A stretch of DNA of 63,552 nt, the filler included, from Choristocarpus tenellus KU-1152 (taxonomy: Eukaryota > Protista > Phaeophyceae), in the NCBI GenBank assembly GCA_964200185.2. It is 10 parts of 10 records of this genome, joined end to end, with 100 filler letters (N's around TTAATTAATTAA, not from the genome) between each part and the next. Parts side by side here need not be neighbours in the genome. Positions count along the whole stretch, not along the records: positions 34,160 to 40,743 come from CAXNAD020007813.1; positions 40,844 to 45,173 come from CAXNAD020015092.1; positions 45,274 to 49,498 come from CAXNAD020015598.1; 7 more parts are not named here. One strand, 5' to 3'. Every line of letters starts with the position of its first letter. The first letter of the stretch is position 1. Of the stretch, positions 34,160 to 45,811 are shown piece after piece. A program made the position numbers and the translations under genes. The notes below the pieces were generated by a model, which saw only the letters and a program-made list of their open reading frames with translations, had not been told where the DNA came from and did no database searches.

Positions 34160-37100
34160 CTGTGAAAGTGTGTGCCCAGCCGATGCTGTGGTTTTTCCAG
34201 ACTCCCCTCCCCCCCCTTTGCAAAGGGTGGATGTTGTGGCAAAACATCTCGCAGACAAGCCTAGGTGAGGGTGTCCTGCAGGTGCTCCTGTGCACAAAAC
34301 CATTTCCAAGCATAGACTGGAATATTGACTCCCCCCAATTCGGTTCTAATGAAGGGGCTGTGGACTTGATCATTCAGCCCAAGTGGGAAACAGTTTGAGC
34401 ATTAGGGGTTGAACACCACATGTGTTGTGATAGGTGATTCAATGTGGGGCCTATCACAGCACCACTCCAAGATATCAAAAAGATTATGTAAGATGTGAAG
34501 ACCTTTTCCCACTAGCCCCAATCTTCCAACTGCCAATTCCTCTAGAACCTTGCCTCCAACCAATGCATAATATTGTACCTGGGATTAAACCATCTCCTGG
34601 TTTAGGCAAGCTCACAATCTGAACAAGCCTTGGCCCTTTCTCTCCCTTACCTATTATTTTGTTTGTCTGTCAGTGGTGGGGTCCTTGACATCCGCTGCTA
34701 TGGGTGTGGTCGCTGCATTGATGTGTGCCCTCCAGGTATCATTGAGGCCCGAAAGTACATGAGACCCCATGATGCTGTTGCTTGTCTCCTGGGTAAGGTT
34801 GAAGCTGTGGAGATTCACACTAAGGTGAGCAAGTGTCCTTTACACTCGAATGATAAGCAGGTTGGGGGGAGGAGGGGGTGCTGGTGAGCTGGATCTAACC
34901 AAGTATTTGTGTTGTCCATCTATTTGGGTAAGGCTGCGGCATACATACCATGTTAACTTTTCTCCTCCGGCCGGCCAACCATCCCCTACCTGAGAACACT
35001 CCCTTTATGTTCCACCTTCAAGTTTTCTTCTGTTTCATCCCCCAATCGTTGCACATCACAATCCTTCTTAATGAGAAGGGCAACCCTGAGCGTTTCCAAG
35101 AGCTGTGGGAGTCCATTGGAGCAGCTGCCTCTAGGCTCAAGTTGGTTGCTGTTAGCTTCCCAGACCTTGGGGAGGACACGAATCTCGCAATGTCCACAAT
35201 GAACACTGTAATGCATGGGAATGGTAGGGACATTTGGGGGTTGAGAGGTGAATGTGGAAGTAGTGGTAGGAGCTGTGGAGTGAAGGACGAAGGAGGAGCA
35301 CAAGCACTCAACATTTGGCAGGTGCAGTATGGGTAATGGTGGTGGTGATCACTCAGAGCACTGTGGTTCTTTGAAGCCTGGTCTAATATCAAGGGTTGAA
35401 TGGTTGAGAGATGTTAGTGATACTGCTGTTATGCTCAGCTCGTTTTTCCTTGTACCACAAGTCAAGTGCTGAAAGTAGTGCTTCATAGGGAGTATTATTG
35501 TCTTTGGATTTTGGTTCCATGCCACATCTTGCAAATCTAAGTTTTAGAGGGAGAGAGAGAATAATTATGAGGAAGTGCCCCCTTGATTACCCAGTATTAT
35601 GCATGGATAAATTAGGATATCCAAAGGTTGTGATTGTGAAACAGATGTATGGAGACTTTATCATGTTGACCTTGTGCAGTATGTTATGCTTTAAAGTGCT
35701 CAAGAAAGGCTCTCAATACCTGGTAATGACTGCTCCATTGCATCAATCCTAAAGCCCCACACCTTACAGAGTGTGAACTCACTGATTAAGCCCATTGTCC
35801 ACCTGCCTATTAAATGGGCTGGACTTACTCATTGCTCCCTCCATGTTCTCCAACTTTTTGTTCCTTGTGCATTTTTCCTCTCCCTCCATATCCTCACCTA
35901 GACGGATGGACGACCAATGAGCGGAGATATTGGAGCAGGTGCAACATCTGCATGCATTCGCTTTGCAACAAAAGTTCTCAACTCTCAAGGTGCTGTTACT
36001 ACAGCTCTGTTATGCATGTGTGTGTGGTCCTGCTTCTTCCCCAAAATAGTCAACAATCATCTCCCAATCCCATCCCACTGTCCCCAACCCTGTCCATCCC
36101 TTATTGCCACCTCCCTTTGAACCTTTACCACCTCAACCTACCCAATTTCCAACGCTGCTTGATGTCATGTCTACCCCTTCATCATGAAGCTGTACCCTTT
36201 GGAGACGGGCAGCATTTTGTGCAGCTAGCTGGAGGGACAAATAATCACACAGCACCCAAGCTGAGGGAGTTGGGATTGCTTCCGGGCAAAGGGGTGCGAT
36301 GACATTGCTAGGGCCAGTACTTTTTTTTTTTCTTCCCTTTTTTTTCAAGCTCGTTGTTCTAAGAGTATGTGTTATGCTGTGGAAGGCGTATGTGGCAAGA
36401 AACTGGACTGGTATTGGTTGTGTGAGTATATGTCTTGGTTCCTTTGCTTCTCTTCATTTTCATTAACCTCTTTTCTCTTTACACCTAAAGTAATGTCTGG
36501 ATGTATTGGATGCTTGGTTTGCCCTGGCAACATTTTGATGTTTATTTGTGTGACTGAAATTCCATGCATTGTGCTGTGGAAGGAGTAACTGACAAAAATG
36601 GACTGGACTGGTATAGGTAGTCTATGTGTATGCGTTTTGGTTCCTTTACTTTTCTTCATTTCCATTCGCCTCTATTTTTTTCTCTTTACATGTACAGAAA
36701 TGACTAGATGCACTGCATGCACAGTTTGCTGAAGCAACATTTTGATGATTGTTGGTTATGTGGTTCATTGCCCACAGTGGGTTGCTTGAGAGAGAGAGGG
36801 AGGAGGAGAAGGGGGTGTAGGAGGGAGTTCCCTAAAACCTGGACTAATAATTGTTTGATTACAACAAATTTTGCAATGTTATTCAATGGATTTTGTTCAA
36901 CATATGTTAGCTCACTGCTGAATATCTAGTAATATTTGGGAGTTGAGACAATCATGCCCCAGTTCTACCTTTCTCAAAGAGGGTATCTTTCAGCTATTTG
37001 AGTTATGGCCTGTTGTCTGGGTAAAAATGTATTCTCCTGCCTTATTTAAACCCAAGGGACAGCGAGGTTAACTGTTTAGCTTTCAAGGTATTCGTGGTAA

Positions 37101-37579
37101 CATGCCTGTATGTTGTTATTGCCCATCTTGAGGCAGGATGCAGAGAAGGGTCAATTAATTGACCTTTCTCACCTTGTATTGTTCCCAGGGTAAACATGCG
37201 CTCATGTACAAAAACGCAATTGACCATGTTGCTACCTGCAAATTGTTGGTCAAAGGGGATGTGAACATGTTAAGTGCTTAGGTTGTACCATCAGTCCAAT
37301 GATACCACTTCCCTTGATTTCGAATGATACCTCTCCTCCCTCTTCTCTTTGCCCACTCTACACCCTCCTGTGCCAAAGTTTGACAAGGACTCTGCTTTGG
37401 GATTACGGGGCTTGGGGGGAGTAGCCTATGGTGGGTATGCCCGTAAAGTGGTTGGCAGAGTTTTAGATCAGCTTCCAGAAGGTTCAAATTGTGTGGAAGA
37501 ACATCCAAAAGTACTGCTAGAGGCGCTTGCAATAGCCCGTGGACTGGTTGAGGGCCTTGAAACTGCTGCTTGGGGCTGA
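34160..37579 (+). CDS. ldpA: LdpA-like iron-sulfur protein (2x4Fe-4S plus LdpA C-terminal domain), 3' part; exons 34160-34264, 34674-34824, 35079-35321, 35902-35989, 36190-36293, 37379-37579
   Basis: CESVCPADAV, RCYGCGRCIDVCP, VEAVEIHT, IWQ-TDGRPMSGDIGAGAT, VQLAGGTNNHT, GGVAYGGYARK; splice phases consistent; 5' end cut by a linker. Confidence 0.88.
36376..36715. repeat. Old diverged ~197-bp-period tandem duplication in an ldpA intron
   Basis: gctgtggaagg...actggactggtat...ttggttccttt...tctctttaca occurs twice. Confidence 0.7.
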
Positions 37580-39314
37580 AGTGAGGTGGAATAGAAAATT
37601 CTGGTGGGGGTAACTTCGTTGCGTAAGCCTTGGAATAGGCTTTTGTGGACAACTCAGGAATAACTCAATCAAGAGATAGAGTTTATTGTCTTGGCAACTG
37701 CTGGAATGTTTGAGATACATATAGAGTTTTACAGAGCCAGATAATGCTGACCACTAATAGATTATCTCAAATAAAGGAATATTAGTGGCAGAGGGTGGAT
37801 GTGCATGAAACAGCACCACTGCAGATGCTGTTGCAAGTACTACGATAATATGAGAGGTGGGATTTCAACATCTGCAGAGAGAGGTTGTGTTTGTGTTGTA
37901 TATTTGTGGCTGTCTTTGTATGGGGAGTAGATGTGCATAGGGATTGGTGATTGTGTACAGTGTCTAGTTTACAGATGTACAATGAGCCTGGAAGACAAGG
38001 TGAATTCAAGGTTACTTGTGAGATATTCTTTGGATTTACAGGCATCAGAAGTTGTACACAAGATGAAGAGTGAAGAGTAGTGTAATCGAGGAATGTATGA
38101 TGAGCACATTTGTTGCAAAGACTGTTTCCAACCACTTGATATCTTCACATGTTACTTCTTTTTAATCAGTCTTACTGATTGCATGAGACAGGTGGGCAAT
38201 GCTCTTGCATGGCAGTATCGTAATGTAGACCTTTTAATCAGTGTTCAAAGCATAGTTGCACATTAGTAGATCCCACAGCCATGGTGGCACTACCAAGTAA
38301 TTTGTAACATGTTAGCACTCTCCTGTGAGATGGCATATCACACATCTTTTGTACCCAGTGCCCTTGTGGATATTTTTGATGTATTGGGATAGACATCAAC
38401 ACTCGAGACATAATGCACACCTTGCCCTACTCTGGGAACCACTCCCCACTTATCCACTTGCTGTTGTAGCTTGTGCCGTTACATCAACCAATTGTGTACT
38501 AAGCCTTTCTCACTAGCTTGAGGTCTGTGCGCCATGAACCTGTGGACTACCTAGGCCGTTGACACACAAGGTTTGGTCACAACCAATTGCACACCATCAT
38601 GTAGGGAGGAGGTCATGCACTCCCACTCTCCTTTTCGATCCCACAATATGGCATATGTACATGTTCTTTCTCACACAACCTCGCGATAGTGCTCTGTGAG
38701 TGACAGGGTTGTGGATTATACACCAGAGTTTACCTAATGGTCGTTAGAAACTATAGAAAGCTAATGTTGTCCCATTTGGGAGGATTCCTTTTGGTGCATC
38801 GATGAATGAAGCTATTTTACCATATCGAAAGTGAGCCTATTATTTTGCTCAAACTCTTTTGTGCTTATTGTGCCCAGCCTAGAAGTAATTAGCTCTTTAT
38901 TACCCTGAAATCTCAACTGGTTGTCCCTAATGACGTCATGGATTCACCGAAGCTCCTAACCTTTGTCCCTACAGTAGTATTACACAAGAATGAATTACTT
39001 TGAAGTATATGAGAATCCCCAACCTTTGTTCGTCCTTTTATCATCTCATGAGTGGCTGGAAGAATAGGAATGATGTTTTTCTTGATATATGGACGAAAAA
39101 TGCATCAACTTCCTCCTCTGATTTTCCCTGCTTGCGATTCAGTTTGTACAAATTGAGTTTCACCATGAGCACTCAAGTGATAACTCAAATCCAATCAATA
39201 GTTTCAATACAAAAACTCTAGCCCTTCAGCATGCATTTTATATACTATGAAAGAGAATGAAATATATCAATGAAGTCCACAGGATGGTGATTGACTCTTT
39301 ATGGAGCTGCCTTA

Positions 39315-39574
39315 GAGTCAAAAGTATCTTAGTGGGTAGAGCCGCGTCCATTTGGGGGACAAGATCCACTGTTGCAATTTTGATGTAGTTTTCTCTATCA
39401 TGTTTGTTAGGAGATGCCAATATCCTTGTTCCGGACACACCTTTTCATAACGTACACAGTTTACCCACTCCGAAATATTTTGGAGTAGGTAAAATGTCAT
39501 TAAAAACGAGTGGGAAGCTGAGCCCCAAATGGACAAACAGGGAAAAACTCGTACCCTTTAAGATAATTTCACTC
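39315..39574 (+). mobile_element. MITE family B, full-length copy
   Basis: GAGTCAAAAGTATCTTAG ... TTAAGATAATTTCACTC; flanked by tta/tta. Confidence 0.9.
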
Positions 39575-40597
39575 TTAACTATCTACACCATGCCCCCCTG
39601 TTAGGTTAGTGTCATCATCCATGGACTGTTCATTTTTTCTTGTCATGTTTTACATCAATTCCTGCTTCGAAAATTCATGAAATTTTAAGGAAATTGTCTT
39701 ACGTTCCGTTTCCAAACAAGGACAGAGTTATCGATTTTCGCTTCAAGCGTCAATACCAAGCAATCACATAATTACAATGCTACCATATCCATAAAGACCA
39801 ACCTACAACTTGATACTTAGGGGTAATAATTCTGCTACCAGGAAACATGCACTACTGTGCCCCTCATGTGGCCATCCTCTTACGTTTGTATGCATAAATG
39901 GCATCTTGACCCGTGGGATCTACCTTCCTTGTAGTGGTTAGCACGGGACTCCCACACACAGTCTTACAGAGGAATTGGATACCCTTGACCACATTTGGGT
40001 CAGGCAGTAGGCAAACATACACAAATAAAAGACAAGTGTAATTTGTGCTGTATGTTCTGCTGCTAATTGTATGTGTAACCTACACCCCCTGTTTGCACCC
40101 AACTGATTATTTTGGGCTCAAGTTCTTTTGCAGGGAGGTTTGAGTTAGGCTGACTGGCATTCTCACCTCTAGCAACAGAATTCATTGCCAGCTCATTACC
40201 CTGTGGATAGAATTGTCGTGTTTGAGGCATGCCTGAGGAGTCGCCTGAGAAATGAGTCCGTTACTCAGAGGCTGACATTATTCCACAACAACGTAACATG
40301 TCGACCGTGCAGAGTTATTGTTATATTATATGTGAATAACTTGGGGTGGTTGTCTATGTGCAATGGTTTGCATCGGGGATGCCAACGCATTTCAATTACT
40401 AGTTCTCTATGTGTCTGATCTGTGAACCCCTTATTTACTCAGAGTACGTATAATCTATATATTAAATACTATTTCACATTGCGGTGATTTGATCTTTGAT
40501 CTTCTCAAACCTGTAGTCAGAGATTGTAAAGCAGAGAGAGAAAGAAAAAAAATGGAAGAAATGTCGCACAAGAAGAAATAAAAACAGTGGATTTTAA

Positions 40598-40743
40598 AAA
40601 TTGAGGATGGAGCATACTATTGAGGATGGTTTTGACCGAAAATGTTGCAGAAAAAATGCCGATATGTTTTTTTTTGTAAATGCTGCGGCACTTTTTAAGG
40701 GCCCCTTTTTGAATGGTATATATTTTTGTTCAAAACTATTTCG
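40598..40743. repeat. Dispersed repeat family C (second copy at 49329-49469)
   Basis: aaattgaggatggagcatacta...gcggcactttttaagggcccc...aactatttcg is shared by the ends of contigs 6 and 8. Confidence 0.85.
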
Positions 40744-41093
40744 NNNNNNNNNNNNNNNNNNNNNNNNNNNNNNNNNNNNNNNNNNNNTTAATTAATTAAN
40801 NNNNNNNNNNNNNNNNNNNNNNNNNNNNNNNNNNNNNNNNNNNGGGGAGGGAGGGGGGAGGCGAGCGGGAGGGGGGGGGGGGGGGGGGGGGGGGAAGAAA
40901 GGTGAGCACCGAAGGGCACCGAACCAAGGGCAAGGGCACCGAACCAAGAATCAACCTCCCCCCTCCCTTGCCCTTCACTGCTCTCTGCAATATCCCCTAT
41001 AGCTAATCCGGTGAAAAGGTTGGATTTTGGTTGAAAAAGTGTCAAGTTCAAGAGATTGGTTTGAGTCTTATCCTGTTGAATAATATTTGATAG

Positions 41094-41152
41094 GAATGAT
41101 ACATGTTAATGAATGATACATGTTAGTGAATGATACATGTTAATGAATGATA
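41094..41152. repeat. 17-bp tandem repeat (gaatgatacatgttaat, ~3.5 copies)
   Basis: Directly visible. Confidence 0.85.
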
Positions 41153-42762
41153 TTTGATGGTTAGTCCTTGTATCACGCTCTTTGTTAGATTTATTTATTT
41201 TTCCAGATGTAACCACTGACCCAACATACACACACAAATTAAATTATTTTTAAAATCTTGTATTCAAACGATATCAACGGTAATTTAAAGTAAGATCTCT
41301 TTCTCTTTTTTCCCAAATAAAGGATGGCGTTTCTCTTACCACGGACGGTAAAGAGAGCGCGGGGGCGGGGGAGGGAGAGGCTGGGGGGGGAGAGGCGGGC
41401 AGGGGCAGGGGTATATTCCGTGAGTTGGTGAAGCATTGTTTGAAAGAGGAAGAAGACTTTTTGTTTTTATATGAGGGCCTATTGAGATTGCTCAATAGTT
41501 TGCACCTGTCCAGAAAGAGCCGGATGCCTGGGGGGTTGTTCCAGGTGAGAACAGGAGGAGGAGATTGTGTTATTGTTGTTTTTTTTGCTTAAAGTCTATG
41601 GAGTGTGTTGTGTGTGTTGTGTGGTTTCTGCTGTCTTTTTATTTTTTATTTTTTGATCAATTTTTTATTTTTTATGATTTTTTTTTGTGGGAATGTTCGC
41701 ATTGTACGTGTGAGATATTGTTATCATTATTATTGTTATTACTGTTTTCTCTGAGGGATCTCAGACCTGTGGTGGAAAGAAATTGCTTGATAGAAGGCAG
41801 TCAGGACCATGAACGAAAAAACTAAATTATGTGGAAGAAGAGAGAGAAGAATAATGGCAACAGGAACAAGAACAAGACGTCGATGTTTAATTTGATTCCG
41901 ATTTGTTTGGAACTCTGAACCTACTTAGTATTTTAATTTTATTGTGTGTGTTTGCAAAGTTGTATGTTTGGTGAGCTTTGATTGGTGGAAACAAAAGTAT
42001 TTAAAATTGTGAATATTTTGCTTTTATTCTAGTGAAGTTGTTTGGTGAAGAGAGGGAGAAATACAGAATAGTAAGATCGCTCTGCCCTTCAGTCTATGAG
42101 TAAGAATGTTCTGTTTTTGAACTGAGAGTAATATTTATATTTTTATATGCAGAAGGTACAGTTTTGTATCAGTCTCGAGGGAAGATAAGGAGGTGAGATA
42201 ACAAGTCATTGTCTGTATCAGTCTCAAGGAAATATTTTTGTTATTTATTAGTTTTTTTTAAAATTTGTATCGAGAAGGTTGTGTAGTGTAGTGTATGGCG
42301 TTACTCTTTACTCTCAATGCCTTCACCTTGGTGGTGAATGCCCTGTCTTCCTTCCAAATTATCTGTCTTCTTCATCAATGCTCACTGATCTTTGTCCCCA
42401 CAAATGCAATCAATGCGTTTTTGTTTCTAATACTTGTGTGAATTTTCTGTGAATTTTGTACGTACGTGAGTCTATTTTATTTTTTATCTTTGTCTACAAC
42501 ATTGGCTGTAATGCCATTGACCCATGCAATGATCACCCGCAGTCCTTGAAAAAAAATTTATGTAGTACCTTCTTGTGTTCCCTCCCCTCCCCTGCCATGG
42601 CAATAGGAAAAAAAAAGTGGTTTTTCTTTTAGTCATATCCCTAGCCCTATCCCTAATCCTCACAATTAAAAAAAAAATCAGGGGGAGTGTCATCAGGAGT
42701 TGCTGGTGTTGTTGTGGAAGCTCATTGAGGAGAATTCCAGCTTCACCGAGTACATCCTGAGA

Positions 42763-43217
42763 CACTGCAATGTTAATGAGGTAACTAGCTAATATTGTAA
42801 TGTTAATGATAAAACTAGCTAATACTGTAAATATAATGAGGTAACTAGCTAATACTGTATTGTTCATGATTTAACTAGCTAATACTGTAATGCTCATGAT
42901 TTAACTAGCTAATACTGTAATGTTAATGAGGTAACTAGCTAATACTGTAATGTTCATGAGGTAACTAGCTAATACTGTAAATATAATGAGGTAACTAGCT
43001 AATACTGTGATGTTAATGATTTAACTAACTAGAACTGTAATGTTAATGATTTAACTAGCTAGTACTGTAATGTTAATGATTTAGCTAGCTAGTACTGTGA
43101 TGTTAATGATTTAAGTAACTAGAACTGTAATGTTAATAATTTAACTACTAGTATTAACTGGTGTGGGGTTGACTTAAGTGGATGATTTAACTAGCTAGAA
43201 CTGTAATGTTAATAAGG
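42763..43217. repeat. 30-bp AT-rich minisatellite, ~14 copies
   Basis: Unit taactagctaatactgtaatgttaatga(gg/tt), head to tail. Confidence 0.92.
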
Positions 43218-43898
43218 TAAATAAGTTGTACTGTAATGCCTTCCATGTTGTAGAGACCTAGGAGATATTGATGTTTTTTTATGTTTTTGTGGGGGGAAGG
43301 ATTTTTTTATCATATTTTTATTTTTGATGTGGAGCGGAGTTTCTTCCTTAGTTGTGCAAGGATTGTTTTTGGATTTGAAATTTAAGCTATACATCATTAT
43401 TGCGTCATTATTGCTTTTTTCAGCCCTTTTAGATAGGTTCTGAGGTGGAGAGGGGTAGAGAGAGAGAGAGAGAGATGAAGGGGAGGGTAGGGTGAAAATA
43501 AAATTAGAAAATAAAATTAGAATGTTACTGTATGTGCTTGAGTTAGAAGGGACTGGTGGTTTGATACATATATCCATATCCATATCCATGTCCATCTCTT
43601 CAAGTTTGGTAATATGCTTAATGTTACTTTTTTATAGTTATTTTATGTATTTTGTGTGTGAGAGTCATCCAACTATTAAGAACCCTCTCTACTCCTTTAC
43701 TATTATCTTGATTTTGTCTCAATGGGGTATTGGTCTGCACTGTACCTTTTTTATGCTCTTGTGTTTTTGTGTGATGAACACGCCTTTACACACCCTACAA
43801 ACTCTCATTGTTGTAGGGGTTGGGTGCAAATACATTGCTAGGTGACTGTTGTGCCTTAAACAGGTAGAGCACTTGTTCGATACACACGATACTTGGTA

Positions 43899-43967
43899 CT
43901 TGGTAGTGTAGACAAACTTGGTAGTGTTGACAAACTTGGTAGTGTAGACAAACTTGGTAGTGTAGAC
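43899..43967. repeat. 18-bp tandem repeat (ttggtagtgtagacaaac, ~4 copies)
   Basis: Directly visible; produces STLPSL / YTTKFV peptide repeats in overlapping short ORFs. Confidence 0.85.
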
Positions 43968-44320
43968 GAATCTGAACCTGACACTGTTTTGTGGGAATGC
44001 TCGCACTTCTTGTTTTGTGTCCTGCTGTTTAGCTTCTTGCTCCCATCGCCTTCCTGATGGTGGAAAACCGAAAGGATGTTTCCAAGGGGGGTCTGATACA
44101 CATCTGCACCTTCATCATCCTCAAGCTCTCGGGGGAAAGGATGTTTGGTGTTGCCCTCAATAGGCCGTGTACAATTCGCCTCCCCACTGACCTCCCCTTG
44201 TTCCAAGGTGTGGCACGTGGTGTTCTGATTGGTGTTGTTATTGCTATTATCATATGTTGGATGTATCCTGTGATTCTTTTTTGAGGCTTGTTGATTGTAG
44301 GGGATTTTTTGTTATTGTCT

Positions 44321-44645
44321 GGGTTAGGGTTAGGTAGGGTGAGATTGTTCTGTTTGTTAGGGTTGAGGTTAGGGTGAGAGGGTTCTGTTTGTTAGGGTTG
44401 GGGTTAAGGTGAGAGGGTTCTGTTTGTTAGGGTTGGGGTTAGGGTGAGAGGGTTCTGTTTGTTAGGGTTGGGGTTAAGGTGAGAGGGTTCTGTTTGTTAG
44501 GGTTGAGGTTAGGGTGAGAGGGTTCTGTTTGTTAGGGTTGGGGTTAAGGTGAGAGGGTTCTGTTTGTTAGGGTTGAGGTTAGGGTGAGAGGGTTCTATTG
44601 GTTAGGGTTGGGGTTAGGGTGAGAGGGTTCTGTTGGTTAGGGTTG
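44321..44645 (+). repeat. 35-bp satellite built from TTAGGG-like units (telomere-related), ~9 copies
   Basis: Unit gagggttctgtttgttagggttg(g/a)ggtta(g/a)ggtga, preceded by gggttagggttagg. Confidence 0.88.
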
Positions 44646-44928
44646 TAGCTACCATTTTTTCTTGTTTTTTATATTGGGAAAAAAATTTATAAAATTGGTT
44701 GAGTAAAGATGAACAGAAGAGAATCATGCTGTATTTTTATAATTGTTACAATGTGTTTTATTATTAGCGGCAGTTTTTCGATATTATTATTATTATTATT
44801 ACTATTATTTTGATAGTGATTTATTCCAAGTGGTATCTAGTTGTACTTTTTTTGTTTTATTTCCTACTGTTTGATATTGTTGTGTTTACAAATCACAGGT
44901 TGCGTTAGTTCAAAATGTGTTACTCCTG

Positions 44929-44975
44929 ATACATACATACATACACATACATACATACATACATACATACATACA

Positions 44976-45009
<34 letters not shown>

Positions 45010-45022
45010 AATTACATACATA
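44929..45022. repeat. (TACA)n microsatellite
   Basis: Directly visible. Confidence 0.95.
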
Positions 45023-45811
45023 CACGGTGTACTCCTAGAATATTATTTATTTGTTATTATTTATTTGTTCTCCAGTTGTTTTTTTATCATTTTTATAAGT
45101 ACGACTACCTTCTTGTTGTGGAAATCAGGGTTGTACCTTATTTGTTACACCTTATTTATAACATTTTCTCAAGNNNNNNNNNNNNNNNNNNNNNNNNNNN
45201 NNNNNNNNNNNNNNNNNTTAATTAATTAANNNNNNNNNNNNNNNNNNNNNNNNNNNNNNNNNNNNNNNNNNNNCGTTTCGCGAGAAATTGTTGTGCGCGC
45301 GCCAAACTCGCGTGAATATCTCTGGGATTTTGTACCAAATCGCCCGAATACGAGAATTCCGATACAAAAGCCTATTTTTTTAGCATGTCGAAAAAATCGG
45401 TACAAAATTGCATATTTTGCGATTTGGTTCATAATATTTAGGCCCAAAATAGGGGTAGGTACTGTATTCGAAAGTTTCAACCTCCGTCGATCGACCGGAG
45501 TTCAGGAAATGCAAAACCTTCGAAATTACGACTCATCCGCTTTTCATGTTTTGTATAAAACCGACCTTCTTTGTATACCGTAGTCCGCAGTTCTCCTTAC
45601 ATGTACATCAACCTCATCAACCTACTCCATAGTCTACTCGTTTGCCAAAACATTTGTGACATTGCTTGTTTCAAATTATTCCCTCTACCTCACCACCTTG
45701 ACCAACCAACCCTCTCATTTCTATCAGCGTGATATCTAACTCACTTCTCTTCCAATTACCTCTTTGTGTTTGTTGCAACCATTTTCTAAATCCTATTCTG
45801 CATCAAGGGAC

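Noticed and set aside
42763-43217. 30-bp periodic array as a CRISPR-like array
   Set aside because: The variable parts are point variants of the same unit, with no unique spacers and no cas genes; an ordinary minisatellite.
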